Assembly: GCA_043228905.1 (NCBI GenBank)
Contig: JBHGNT010000005.1
Location: 13,082,001-13,146,000, forward strand
DNA length: 64,000 nt
Reading direction: 5' to 3'
Source: Azolla caroliniana
Taxonomy: Eukaryota > Plantae > Polypodiophyta
In this document: positions 10,155-23,989 of the stretch, piece after piece
How the letters are laid out: the number at the start of each line of letters is the position of its first letter
Numbering within the stretch: position 1 is the stretch's first letter
The notes under the pieces: model-generated
The model's input: only the letters and a program-made list of their open reading frames with translations
Databases searched by the model: none
Told to the model about the DNA's origin: nothing
Position numbers and translations under genes: made by a program

Positions 10155-12577
10155 ACCTCCGATTATTTTTGCCCTTCCATATTCTGGACTGTCCTTCACT
10201 CCTTGCCGGTTGGCTAATAATTCGAAGACTATGCTTTTCTTCTCGATGAGGTAGATCCATGTGTCTAGGCTGTAGTCGTTGATAAAGGAGACAAAATACC
10301 GACTCCCGCCAAGACTGACGTTTTGTGCCGGTCCCCATACATCTGAATGGATTAAGTCGAGCTTGTTACAACTCCGGTTTCGTTCGGTGGGGAATGGAAG
10401 CCAGTGTTGCTTCTCGAGTTGGCAGGCTTCACAAACTTGGGCTTTCCAACCACTGAATTTCGGCAAACCGAACACAACTTGTTTCAATTGTAGGTCTTGA
10501 AGCCTCCGGTAATTGACGTGGCCGATCTTCTTGTGCCAGAGATCCATGTCCGATTCAATCTTTTGTCCTTTGGAAAACATGGCGGTGCTGACGTTATTAG
10601 TTTTGAGGGTGAACATCCTCCCTTCTCTGTGCCCTTGCACAATTATCCACCCTTCTTCCTCGACAAAGCACCTGAGGTGCGTAAACCGCACATGCACCCC
10701 CTAGTCGACGATTTGTACAACCGACACCAGGTTCTTTGTGATAGTCAAAACATGTAGTACGTTCATCAGCCTCCCCTTTTGTCCAACATGGCTTAAAGGG
10801 ACTTTTCCAACATGCACAATCGGGTGACGGGTGTCGTCTCTGGTTTCGACAATCCCCGGTTGTTCCAGTTTCTTCAAAAAAGAGAACCACTCTTCATGGC
10901 TCATCATGTGGTTGGACGCTCCGGAATCAACGCACCATATTTCCTCTGATTTGGAAGTAGTATTCTTCATCGAGTTAGGCTTGTGATTCATCACAAAGGC
11001 CAGCCCTTTACTGGTCTTCCCGGTTCCAGATCCTTTTGATCCTTCTGCTTAGTGCGAACTTTGCCGATTTTCATGACCGGCTTTGCCAGATCCGAATTTG
11101 TTCGAATCGGTGCGCTTCTTCAAGCACTCGCTTTCCTTGTGGCCTTTCTTGCCACAATACCAACATTCGGTGTCAGCCTTTTCTTGCCACACTCACTTTG
11201 ACTCCCCCTGCGTGTGGAGGGTCCGGAACTGCTCTCGGCACTATCTCTGTGCCTTCGGTCCTACTCTTGCCGGCCGCCTCCATTGTGTGCCGACTCACCT
11301 CGTCCTACACGTCCGGGGTCGACCCAACTCAATGTACAACATTTGGGTGTCCGATTGAGTGGTCTCGACCCGTTCGTGCGGTTTTCTTCGACCATCAACA
11401 TTGAATGTAAGTCAAAGAAGGATGGTGGCTTCTCTCGAGTGCACATTGCCGTCCGGATTGGCCCGAACCTTTGCGCTAGACCACCGAGGTAGATTTGTAC
11501 CATCTCGTATTCGTCCACCATCACGTTGATGGACCCAAGTGCGTCACAAATCTCCTTTATCTTGGTGGTGTAATCCGTAACCGACATGTCTCTTTGTCGG
11601 ATGTTGTTCAGCTCTTGCCAGAGCTACAACCTACAGGCTGTGGTACTCACGGAGAAAATCTTCCTCAGATTTTCCCAGACCTCCTTCGGCGTTTTTGCAT
11701 CCTTTATGTAGCCAAGCATCTGGTCGTGCACACAGGATGCGAGGCACTACAATACTCGGCTCACTCCTTGCTCCCATACCGGGAAGTCTTCGTGTGCCGG
11801 CTCCGGGGCTACCTTGCTCGTTCCTTCCATGAAGCTCCAATATCCATGCTCTAGCAAATACTAGTGCATCTTGTATGACTAGGATGCGTAGTTGCTCCGG
11901 TCGAGCTTCTCTCTTGAAAGTGAATTCGTCATTCCTCTATCCATATCTTCTCTCTGTTTGTTGTTACTTGGTTCTAGGGTTCGTCTACTAAAGCAAGTGT
12001 CAGCTGTAGAGGTTCTCAACCCTCGTGCTCTGATACCATGTGCATGTTAATGTCTGAAACAGTTAGACAGAACTGGCTCAACTGGATAGCAACAAAGAAT
12101 AAGATGATGGTTTAATGGAGAAGCTTAATACACAGAGAGTATATGCGGGAGAGACAGAGAGAGCAGAACATAAACGTAGATTCAAAAATAAAAGCAGTCT
12201 GTAAACTTTGTACATACAACGTGCTAAACAACACTATTTATACAAGTCCTCAGAAGGATTGACAAAAGTACTATGTACTTTAACACTCATATGAGCGACT
12301 GACACTAACTACGAGACAATGATTACCTAGTAGTCTAGGCTACTACTAGGCTTCCGGTTCGCACTCGAATCAGGCTCTCCGATTCGTCTCCCCGATCCGG
12401 CCGGTTGTTTCCGGATACCATCCGGATACCGATCCGACTCTGGCTTATTCAGCCCTCCAATGATACTCATACCCAGATGTAGGTCGACCCCCATACCCCA
12501 ATGGAGATCGACCATGTTCGGTGTTGAGCGAGCAAGCTCATACCGATCCGGATCCGTTTGAGCTTGCTCGCTCAACA
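10155..12577 (-). mobile_element. Truncated Ty1/Copia element (5' LTR ~12039-12577, iMet PBS, gag, protease, pre-integrase, integrase start)
   Basis: PBS TGGTATCAGAGC at 12027-12038; motifs WCVDSGASNHM, LWHKKIGHVN, CEACQLEKQ, LDLIHSDVWGP. Confidence 0.88.
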
Positions 12578-12645
12578 CCGAACATGGTCGATCTCAATTG
12601 GGGTATGGCGGTCGACCTCCATCTAGGTATGAGTATCATTGGAGG
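12454..12645. repeat. ~190-bp near-perfect inverted repeat (hairpin)
   Basis: 12454-12540 is the reverse complement of 12559-12645 with few mismatches; the centre is itself near-palindromic. Confidence 0.92.
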
Positions 12646-13450
12646 ATAGCAACTGTGGAGTGGAAGGCGAAACTGGTACATATGACCTTGTGATGGGAGC
12701 GTTGCGGGAGGAAGACTAAAATCCTCGAGTCCCACGTTCCTCCAATCGAAGCTCAAAAAGATGATTATCACATTGAATAGCTTGGGAGATTACCTGAGAC
12801 AATGATGTGGACTACAGAAAGTTTAAGATAAGAGTCTTGACATCATTTCGGAGGCCTTGATGGAAATGGTCACGTAAGGTTTCATCATCCTAGCTGACAT
12901 CGCATGCGATTTGACGAAACTCTTAAGCATAGATGGAGGTGGGACGGGAGCCTTGTTGTAAGGAATAGAGCTTCGTGAGTGTCGTTCGTCGTCAGTCTAT
13001 CTCTCCAAATGTGGCTTCAAGCTCCGTAGGGAAGGCAAGAAAGTTTTCTAAGAGTGGGGATGAGGTTTTGATCAATGGTGCAAACCACGTTTGTGCCGGT
13101 CCGGAGAGAAGGGTGCCAACGAGGCCGACCCAAGAGAAATCCCTAGCATAACGTTGGGGTTGTAAACGGAAGATAAGCCGAATTTGATTGATGAAGCCGA
13201 GAAGATGCGCCGCGCCCTCAAGCCGTTGAATTTGTCAGGTAGGCTGACGCTAGGTTCGAGAACCTATGGATGGGAAGAGGAAGGGGTTGGGTTAGGTGTT
13301 GACGGAGGGAGGGTGAGGCTCTGCGAATTGGGGTTTGTTGGATGTGCAATTTTGAAGCTCTCGTAAAGATCCACGAAGGATTTCATTTTCTAGTTAAAGT
13401 TGTTCCAAGGCTGCCATTACTTGGTTTAAGTTGTTAATAGAGTCAGGCAT
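12578..13450 (-). pseudogene. Chromovirus-like Gypsy gag remnant
   Basis: Minus-strand translation gives VGLVGTLLSGPAQTWFAPL, EFRQIACDV and PIEID-type motifs, with stops. Confidence 0.65.
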
Positions 13451-13509
13451 GGTAGCAAGAAGAATAAAGGTGAATAAACTATAATGGATGAGTAGTGGAG
13501 GCTAAATAC

Positions 13510-13556
<47 letters not shown>

Positions 13557-13859
13557 AGACAAGAGATCAGGAACTGATATTATGCTTCCGTAACTGGTGT
13601 TGTTCACCTAGATTGTAATCAAGGTGCACCCAAGTATTTATACAAGAATGTGGAGGTATGCATGTAAGCTAGGAAACTTCTAGAGAATGCATGAAGATGC
13701 ATTCTCTAGAAGTTTCTTGAAAGTTCTAGTGATTAACCTATAGTGTCATAAGTTGAATCTTATACAATACAATAATGTATAGATGGATGTAGCTTAATTG
13801 GTAAGGTTGCCTAGTAAGACTAAGAGGACATGGGTTCAACCCCTTACATTCCATCATGG

Positions 13860-14140
13860 CATTCAGTCTCTCCGAAATCAAATTCCTTGTCCGATTCGAC
13901 TGCTTGGACATCTCTCCCCTTGTCACATTTGCTTTGACTTTTGCTTCTCCCCCTCAAGTTCAGCAAGTCAAGATGTTATAGACCAAGCATAGTCGAAAAT
14001 TGCCGCAACTTGTCAAGGCCGAGACGTTTGGTGAAGATATCGGCGACTTGCTAATCTTTCAAAACATATACAACTTCCACTTAACTGGGGAGAACTCGCT
14101 CCCGGACAAAATGATAGTGCGCTTCAATGTGCTTTGACCA
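13860..14140 (-). pseudogene. Copia RNase H C-terminal fragment with PPT
   Basis: KHIEAHYHFVRE and VADIFTKRL on the minus strand; PPT ttgagggggag. Confidence 0.7.
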
Positions 14141-14144
14141 GGCT

Positions 14145-15392
14145 TGTCGTGAAGATTTTCAACAACGGTGTGAAAATTAAGTGTGGTTTTTCACACACGA
14201 TATGAAACAATAGTAGGCAGAAACTATTTTAGATTAGCTTAATATCTTGGTATGAAAAGATGGATGTCTTCAAGAGCTTTCGAATGCATTTTACTATATA
14301 TCCAACGAACAACTAAGTGTCAAGTTATGTGAGTGTGAAGTTTGAGAAGAAAAAGAGGAAAATAAAACTGTGAGATATCCCACATAGAAAGGAAAACATT
14401 AGGATCTTAGAGTATATAAGGAGACCCATACCTCTTTACATAATATATATGTGTTTGGAGAACCGAAAGGTTGGGTTGTATAACTTGAATGAATGGATGT
14501 CACCGAATTTCCTAGATGAACAGATGCGGTCAAGTTGATCAAATTGGTTTTTGGACGGAACTGGGCGGCATGGTGTCGTGGAGAAAACCATCCGTAGGCG
14601 GAATCGAAGAATATCGGGAGAATCGACGGTGTGCACCATGTGTACGTACCCTTGTAATAATAGGTGTTAAGTCGGGACAAAGGGTCCCATGTAATAAGGG
14701 ATTTATCCCACATTGTAACGCATCTCCCTCCTTGTTCTATAAAAGGAAGGGAGCACCTCTTGTGAAGGGGTTGCCCATTTTGAGTCGTAAGGGTATATAC
14801 CGTTTTGTGTTTCTTTCTAGGGTTAGCTACATTCTTTCCTTTCTTCTTCGTTTCTTTTCTGCTCCTTCTCGAGGAGTCGAGCAGTAGCTATGACAGCAAG
14901 TTGTTAGATTAGTTTGTTTTCTTCTGTGCGTAGCTGGCTCGGGCCGTGGTTGTATCCCCCCCCCCCCCCCCCCCCCCCCCTTTGAGGTTTGCTTCTGCTT
15001 AGTTTTGTGCAAGACCCCGCTCGGCGCGATAGCCTGTGAGCTCCTTGACCAGCAGCTTGGCAACCGACTGCGGCTGTAACCTACCTTGGTCCGGCTCGAA
15101 GCCGGATTTGTATTAGTTCCCTTGTAATATACACATTTGCGTTTGTTTGTGCATATCGGTGTACTTGGTGGTGTCGGAAGCACAATCCCTTTGCTTCCTT
15201 TGCAAAGGAGTTGGTGTCACGCGCACACACACTCTCTCTCTCTCTCTCTCTCTCTCTCATTCGGTTGCCTTCGGAACGCGACTGGAATCGTCTTCTCGGC
15301 TTCCCTTCTTCTCTAGTTCGAGACCCCCGTGGTCCCGCCCTTTCTACACACACGCGCGTAACAACGCGACATATTTGGTGAACCCGACATGA
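14145..15392 (+). mobile_element. ~1.2-kb LTR plus tRNA-Trp PBS of a B/C-related Gypsy; internal region lost
   Basis: TGTCG...CGACA ends (14145-15371); the 3' end matches the reverse complement of the family C LTR start; PBS tggtgaacccgacatga. Confidence 0.65.
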
Positions 15393-15649
15393 AGGGCGGC
15401 AAGGGAGGATGAAGTTGGAAGAAGACGACTTTGCGCAACTTTTTGTTGAAGCGGTGAGGGAGTTTGGACGAGCAACAACAAGAAGACAGACGGTGTAGCA
15501 AGTGGTTGAGCGAGTGGTCGAAAGAGTCGGCCGTTTCTACGGCGTACACAACTCTCGAGGCGATGCTCGAGGAAGAGGAAAGATTGAGGTTGCGAGCCGA
15601 GGCCGAGGAGACGAACTTGCCCCACGAGACGGCAGAAGATCGGTACCAC

Positions 15650-18600
15650 AGTACCACGGGAGAGGGTACGGAACATAACACCCTCTCGACTTGCGGAGAA
15701 AGAACGACAAAGGACAAGGCCGAGATACCGATCGCAAAATCAGAGCGTCGGGACTGGCGGTTTCGGGCACGTCAGCCCGGAACTCCGGACGTTGGAGAAG
15801 CAAGCCCAGGAGGGGCTTGCACGATCGGTGTTGTCCGCCGGAATAGTAACCGACAGACAAGAGCGTGGGAATAAGAAATAATATAAGATCATAACTCATG
15901 TAACGGTTCACGCAGGAAGCGTGAACGGCTAAATAGTCCCTGCGTATATAAAGGGCAGAAAACCTCTAATAGAGGGAGCATGTAATTTTGAATTGTAAAG
16001 AAGCGTATCGTAATAGAATTCTATCTTCTCTGAAAATTTGTGTATAGCTACGGCTAATCTACTGTGTGTCTGGAATACCTAAGCGTGTAAGAACGTAAGT
16101 GTAACCATTAATAAGGAGTCGGTTGTAGCTGTCCCCCTTATACGCTGAAAGGTTACAGGGAACATTCCCCTACGCATTATGCATAGATGCCTATTCGTTG
16201 TTCCACAACCACTTGAAGGTCTAGGTCGAAGGACTGACCGTAGACCGTGTTCCTAATCGGTAACACTTTTGGCACGCTTGGTGATCTATGTCTTCTCATA
16301 GACGAGCAATGACGAATGGATGTTTAGCCGCAGACGCCCAGAGAACCAAGACGACAAGACCGGCCAATCACAAGGTCCGTCACACGCCGGGCAGAAGAAC
16401 GTGCACGGCAAAAGCCTCGCCTCAGCAACCTCAGTACTACCTGCCGTGATTACAAAGGTGATTCTTCTCTCTCCAAATACCTCGACGATACGCGGGGAGT
16501 ACGCTCACCACAGCCACCCTATGGTCTTTCTCGACCCGTCGTAGCCCCCAGCATGGCCTTTGCCTATCCCCGCTTTAACGGCGAAACCGACGCCGCAACC
16601 CATATTCGCATGTTCCTTAATGTCTGGAATACGAACCACATGGCGCAGAACCTTTCGGAGGTGGTAGCGCACCAGTCAAAAATGACGGAGTTCGGGTTAA
16701 CATTGGATGGGCGAGCGTCATTTTGGCATTCACAGATGGATTTACTAGCAATCACAACCTTCGATCAGCTGCAGTCCGCTTTCTTGTGGTTCTTCCATCG
16801 GAGGATTCCACAACGCGAAATCCTCGGATAGTTCTACACGATTAAGCAATTGTCGACCGAGACGATCGCAGACTTCAGCTTACATTTCCAAAATTTATGG
16901 CGGAAACTAGAATGGAGCAGCCCCACGGAGGACGAGGCTCGAGAAACATTTCTGGCAACATTACCCCGACCCATCCGGGCAACGCTCAAGACAAATAGCG
17001 TGAAAGGGGAAACAACGGATATGGTCATTGAAAGAGCGTTATAGCTCGAGTTGGACGAGGAGGAGGAAAGGTTTTCTATGTCCTCCTTACGACAAGCGCT
17101 ACCCCAGGACGAGGAATGCCAATTTCGTCAGGCAATCCAGTGCACGATTTGCTTGAACTCGAGGCATTCCGCAGTGGAGTGCAATATGCGAATCCACTGC
17201 CCAATCTGCCACTCGAAGGCTCACACAGTCAAACAATGCGAATACAATATGTTGAACAGAGCCACTCCCGCAATCCGCAGCATGGACACCCAGCGTCCAC
17301 CACGCCGGATTGAACAAAGGAGGCAAGAAGACCGACCACGGTATATGGATCGCAACCCACGGGACGACATCGGAATCACCGAAATCACAACGATTCCGAG
17401 GAAGATGAACCAGAGGACGAGGATTATCGTGGACATCCGAGTTATGCTAAAGGGGGCCGGCGCTATGAGAATCACCGGCCGACAACCAAACGGGGCGGCT
17501 TCAATGGTTATCGTGGTAAGCCGCGGCAATATCGAGATCACCGGCGTTACGACGAAATCTCGGGAGATGAGCGACACCAGGAACAACGACGGGACCAACA
17601 ACAACCACCGCGTGCATTTCGACAAATGAGGCCGGACCACGAGGAGCAAGTCGCACGAGGGGAGCGACACACACCACCAAGAGCCGAGAAGGTTGAATCA
17701 AGCATCCATTGTTTTATTTGTCAGCAGCCCGGACATTATACCACGCAATGGCCAACACGCAAGGGTAAGGGGCCCACCATCAATACAATTACAGTGGAAT
17801 TGCAACAAGTCACGACACGCCAACAAACAAAAACGACTGATTGGGCTGCGCAAGACGAGATACGATGACAAGCCTAGGCATGGGTGGAAAAAGCAAACGC
17901 GACCAATACGCATGCGGAAGGAGTCCGAGAATGCGAGGGAGCGACCAGAGGACAAAGGACCTGTCCCGGACCCCATTTGGTAGGCATTAGCGGGTTGCGA
18001 GATAATGTTAACCATGGAGAAGCTGTTGCAGCTAGTCCCACGCTTCTCTCTATCGCAAAGGAATTAAGGCCGGACTAGAAAAACACGATGATCGCACTAC
18101 TCAAGAAATATAAAGATGTGTTCGCTTGGGCTCACGAGGACATGATGGGGTTAGATCCCAAGTTCTATCAACATAAGATCAATTTAGCAACCGACGCAAA
18201 ACCCGTCCAGCAGCGCCGGTACCGCATGAACCTGAACTATGCGGCCCACATAAAAGAGGAAATTGACAAACTCTTGAAGGTGGGGTTCATACGGCTAGTT
18301 AAACAAGCCATATGGTTAATCCCGATAGTGGTCGTTCCAAAGAAAAACGGAAAATACGGGTATGCGTGGATTACCGAAAATTAAACGCCGTAACCATTAC
18401 GGACGCATTCCCTTTACCCTTCACCGATAGCGTACTAGACGCCGTCGGAGGACATGAGATGTACAATTTTTTAGATGGCTTCAGTGGATATAACCAGGTA
18501 GGCATGCATCCCAAGGACCAGGAAAAGACGACATTTGTCACGGACTTGGGAGTCTATGTGGCAGTCGTCATGATGTTCGGGCTAAAGACGGCTCCGGCAA

Positions 18601-21600
18601 CATTTCAACGGACAATTACGAAGATCTTTGGGGAATACATTCCGGCGTTCATGCAAGTTTTTTTAGACGACTTTGCGGTATATGGGAGAACAATAGACCA
18701 TTTTACGCACTTGCAACTGTGCCTGGAACGTTGCCACACCGCACGCTTAAGCCTGAATCCCGCGAAATGTGCTTTCGGCGTGACCAGCGAGACTCTCCTC
18801 GGCCATATAATCAGCAAGGAGGGAATAGCGGTCGATCCAAACAAGATCTCCGCGATTACGCAAGCCAAAACTCTGACAAACGCGAAATCACTTGGCCTCG
18901 GGCTTCGTTTGGCTGGCCTCCTCCGGTCCTAGCAACATTCGATGGTTGTCCTAGAGATTGCTCTCCGTCATTGATGTTAACTACCACTGACATTTGCGAT
19001 GCTATTTGCCGTCTTCGCTCCTATTCGTATCACTCAAACTAGAGTTGAGTGCCAAGATGCCGCCTTACAACCGCCAATTGTTCCCTTGCTAGGGACAAGA
19101 AATCGTCCGACAACTCCTCTCGGATGGTTACAATGCTCTCTGCATCTATCTTGTAGAAGTTGTCACCGTCCTTTCCAAGTTTTTCGCATCCACTTGCAGC
19201 GTCTGTAATTCTACCACCTGTTGGGCCCATTTTGACCACCATTGCACTGAGCTTTCACCAATCATACACTTTGTCCTTTCTTTCCATGCTAGCAGAATCG
19301 CGCGGATCTGGCTGAGCCCCATCTTGGATTTGTCCTCCGCAGCCTGCTTTTCCTCCTTTAACTTCTTTAACAAGCCCGCGGTTGCCTGTGCTTGCACCTC
19401 ATATTCCAGCAATTGCGTTTGATAAGTTGTCTGAACTCTATTCAACGCCATTTTTGCTCGTTCCGTCTCCTCATAATGCTATCGGGTGAGCTCCATCCAG
19501 TCCCTTATCGCTTCTTCCAGTGCCATTGCCATGTCGACCGCCTTGGTCTGCTCTTCCGCCAATGCCTCTGCCGCCCTGTTGACCTCATTCCGGAGTTCCC
19601 CTAGTTTCTCTTGCTGCTGGTCACCTTTTGCAATCAACTTCTTCTGCTCCACATCCAAATGCTTATGATCCCGGTGCAATCATTCAAAATCCTCCGTCTT
19701 TTGCTTCAGCTTTTGGTTTATTTGGCGTCGAGCGTGGTCTTCCCGGTCTTTCTGCTACCGGAGTTCTTCTTTCAGCTCCTCAATTTCGGTTTCCGCCGAT
19801 CACCGGAGCTTATCCTTCTCTTGTAGTAGCTTCTCCTTTTCTTCCTTCAACATACCCGGGGTGAGTGTCGCTACAAACCTTACAGACGTTAGCGACGAAC
19901 CGCCGGTAGTGGATCAGCACAACCCGGCTATTACATTAATATTACATGGACAGGAAATTCCTGAATGCATAATCGATGGCGGCTTAGGTGTCAATGTAAT
20001 TAGCGAGAAAACTTGCGAGCAGTTAAGCATTTCAGAATGGGAGGCTTGCCCATTCTGGCTCCGAATGGCAGATACCCGCTCAACACGACCATTGGGCTTA
20101 ATTCGCAAGATAGGCATTATCGTGGGCGGACATCGCTTTGGCATCTTGGTGGTCGTCCTCGCCTTGGACGCCCCAGGGGCGTACCCAGTGCTTCTGGGCA
20201 GACCATGGCTTTGGGCAGCAAATATCAAGCAAAGCTGGCAACACAAATGTATCAGTTTCCAACACAGACGCACCAAGGTTCGCGTACCTACGGAAGGAAG
20301 TACGCCACAACCCAAGGGTATAACACCATTATACGTAGAAGATATAAATATGTTGGCCGGGGTAGAGGATGCAGAATTAGAGGCATACCTAGATGAGCAC
20401 CCACGGATCATTCCGCTGTTTGAAATCGACGTCATCGCAACCGCGACAGAATATGCCACAACCACTATTCTCCATGACGAGGCATACGAACCAAACCCAG
20501 AGTCCATATGGGAACTCAGCAAAGCACAGGAGACATTCGAAAGGGAAATAGAAATTTCACGACGAGTCAACGCTTCCTCCCTGGAAGAAGTAAATGTGGG
20601 TATGGAGTCGGAACAGAACAAAGTCAGGTTCATCATCTCCACATACGAAGGGGTAAAGGTGGATTGGCCGATAATCATCGCTGATTGTTTGCGCACGGCC
20701 ATACAATTGGTAGTAGACGGCAAGAAGGTGTGGACAACAGTGGCTCAATGGCTCACTCTCCTCGTACCGCCAGTGCTAACATTAAAGGCAAAGAGGCGGG
20801 GCCGAACGAACGATATGATGCCAAACAAGCCCTTGAAGCGGCAACAATTCTTTGCAATGCACACTCCCGGTTGGACAAAGGGAGGTTCATCACAAAAAGA
20901 AAAGGAGCAGCCCAATCGAAAGTGGCAAGCGGAGACTAAGGCACCGATAGAGCAACCAGTTAGGCCTCTTAAAATCAAATTGCGCCGGCAAGAGCAAGAG
21001 CCGCCTAACTTGGCTCAAGGGATAAACATGGGAACCCAAGAGGAGGAGGCGGAGGAAGAACCCGCCTACACTCTCCTACGTCGCCGGAAAAGAAGCGACA
21101 CGGAGCAGAAGGGGGACGAATCGGGTCCGGTAAAGGACAACACACCGACACCCCGCTCCGAGGGACTAGAACCAAGGAAGGAAATTGAGCCTGTTCGGCC
21201 AGTGATGGTAATAGAAGTACCAATGTCACCAAGTTGATAGGCACAACCAGAGAAGGAGTTGCCGCTAGAGATAACAATACAACAAGGGTTTGTCGTGAGA
21301 GCAGAGCTAACACTGGAACTGGAACCGGCAAGGCAACAAGGCACCAACAGTCAATGGCTGCGATGGATTGGAGAGCAGGTGGCCGGGGTTGTATGTCAAA
21401 TTAAAGTGAAAGAGAGAGCGCAACGGGTTCGGTTGTTCTCCACAACTGAAGAACTCGAGAGGGGCCGAAGCATGGAGGAAGAGGTTGAGAAGGCCAAAAC
21501 AGACGGGCTGACAGGACCAGAACCGGTGACACCGGTGACTCAATCGATAAATAACACGCCGGTAGCTCCTATAGCACCGGACAAAAGTATTACATGGGAG

Positions 21601-22450
21601 CAAGAACTCTCCACTCTCAGGGAAGAGTTAGAAGCCCAGGAAGCCTTGAGGGCTAGAGAACGAGAGCAGAAGTAGGCAGCGGAGGAGAAGAAACGAAGAA
21701 TTGAAAAAAACCTCCAGAAAAGTTGCCCATTGGCATTGCCGGGGGTCGGGGGGCGCACGTACCCATACTCGTGAAGCACGCGAGCTACTTCTCGGAACAA
21801 GGCGTCGTCGCCACACTGTGTCAGGTACGCTTTGCTAGCCAGGGAGTACTCTCCGAAGAATTTTGTCAACGTCTCTGGTGAAGGATTCTCAATGGAGTAG
21901 ATCCCTTCCTCCGGCAATCCATTTAAGGTGCGGATGACCTCCTCCGTGATTACTTCTAGGTCAATCTTCTTCGCAACCTTTTCTGCTTCTTCGTGCAGAG
22001 GTGCCTCTACTATCCGTAGGAAGCACTCCAAACCATGTTGCGTAAACCATTTCTTGGCCGTCTCGAAAAGCACCATGGGCTCCAGCGTGTCCTCTGTTGC
22101 GGTGGTGGTGGGGAGCTTTGGTGTGCCTGTGGTAGCTTCTTGTGTTCGCCTAATTACCTGTATCCGCCTCTGTGTGCTAAGTGCTCTGTGTTCGCGAAAT
22201 GAGAGAGACTCTATTATGCAGAGATTTTGTGTTCTTGCCGCCTTTTCTAGATTCCCGCTCATGCACGTCGTGTGCTTTAATAGTGGCTATGTGACGCATG
22301 GTGTGCTTTAAATGGCTGACGTCACACTGTTTCGAGGTGTCCATTCATTTTTTGATGGCCTTCACTTTTCTCTTCTTTATTATTTTTATTATTTTTATAT
22401 ATTTTTTTCTCTCCTGCATGATGTCTTTGACACGCGTGGTATTCTAAACC
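15650..22450 (+). mobile_element. Degenerate, internally rearranged Gypsy (family-A-like gag, RT, displaced protease, accessory ORF pieces)
   Basis: LTR end TAACA at ~16265 plus PBS-like TGGCACGC; gag at 16553-17870 with CCHC motifs; RT at 18088-18900 (VCVDYRKLN, LDGFSGYNQ, FLDD); protease IIDGGLGVNV at 19861-20610. Confidence 0.8.
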
Positions 22451-22849
22451 CTTGTATCTAGCAACACTGGATCGGTTGTTACCCTAAACAACTGTGCATC
22501 AAAAGGTCGTCTTTGACGTCGTCACTTGACTCTCCGGATTCTAACTGGCTCAAGTAATCTGCTACCGCATGTTGTACTCCCGGTCTGTGGTAAATCTCGA
22601 ATTCGAACTCCTGTAGAAGCAACGTCCATCATGCTAGTTTTCCGGTTAGCGATGCCTTGGAGACTAAGTACAGTAATGCCGAATGATCCACGTGGAATGA
22701 GAATTTCCATCCCAACAAGTAGTGATGGTACTTTGTTACATTGTATATCATTCCCAAGGCTTCCCTTTCTGTTGTCGAATAATTTTGTTCCACCTGGGAG
22801 AGCTTCCGATTGGCGTAGTAAACCAGCTAGCACCACTTCGGTTTGGTGA

Positions 22850-23697
22850 GCTCAAGTGGATACTCCGGTACCTGAAAGGCAACTCGAGCATGTGCCTCCG
22901 ATTCAGCTCAAGTAAACCCGTACTAGAAGGATTTATGGATTCAGATATGTCAGCTCATGCAAATACTAGCTGGTCTACATCCGGATATGTCATGACATAT
23001 GCAGGGGGAGCCGTATCGTGGCAATTGAGGCCACAGAAGTCCATTGCACTATTGACAATAGAAGCAGAGTACATGGCGGTCGTAGAAGCCGGTAAAGAGG
23101 TAATCTGGATTAAGGACTTCATCAAAGAGCTAGGGATCCAGTAGGAGGAATTCGAGCTCTACTGTGACAGTCAAAGTGTCATTCACCTTGCAAAGAATGC
23201 GGCCTACCATTCCCAGACCAAGCACATCCAGAGGATATATCATTGGCTCCGGGAGAAGGTAGAAGATAAAGAGTTCTTGTTGACAAATATCCATACGGAG
23301 GTGAACGAGTCGGACATGCTGACCAAGGTGCTGTCAACCAACAAGCCGGACAGGTGAAAGAGACGGAGCCGATTGACAAAGCATCCCATGATGGAGTGAA
23401 GGGGGAGCTTGTTTAGAATTTTTTCCCTTTGGATGGAATCCGGATGAAAACTGGAGGAGCCGGATCGAACAAGCCGAAGGAAGGAACCGGACCAGACGGA
23501 TCGAACGAGCCGAAGTAAGGAACCGGACCGGACGGATACGGAAGATATCCGGATGAATCTGGTGTGAATCGGATCTAGGGACATATCTATAAATATTTTT
23601 CTAGAGGGCCTGTCATGGCCATATTTGTAAATATTTGTAAATATGACTTAGGGCAATTACTATTGGGGTGTTAGAGTTGTTATTATTATTGTTGTAA

Positions 23698-23728
<31 letters not shown>

Positions 23729-23989
23729 TACATAAAGCTTTTCTATTGTAACCGCCGGTTGGCGAAGACATAGACCTCGAGGTCATTACCTCCGAGTCTC
23801 GCTTTGTATCCTCTTCTCATAGGGATAGTTGGAGTCTTTGGGCTCTTGTGGTTTTTCCCTATTAGGGTTTTTCACGTAAACATCTGGTGTCGTCTCATAC
23901 TTTGTAAGTGCATTAATCTCATTTCTATTTCCTGCTCTCTTCCATTGAGAGTTTAAGACTCAGTTGTGGCCGAGGTCTATTCCGCACAC
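22850..23989 (+). mobile_element. Copia RNase H end, PPT and 3' LTR
   Basis: Motifs STSGYVMTYAGGAVSW and IEAEYMAVVEAGKE; PPT gaagggggag at ~23398; the LTR is similar to 47600-48690. Confidence 0.78.

Noticed and set aside
13785-13853. Functional tRNA genes (also ~3306 and ~45522)
   Set aside because: A and B boxes are present but the anticodon arms and stems are non-canonical; reported only as tRNA-like modules.
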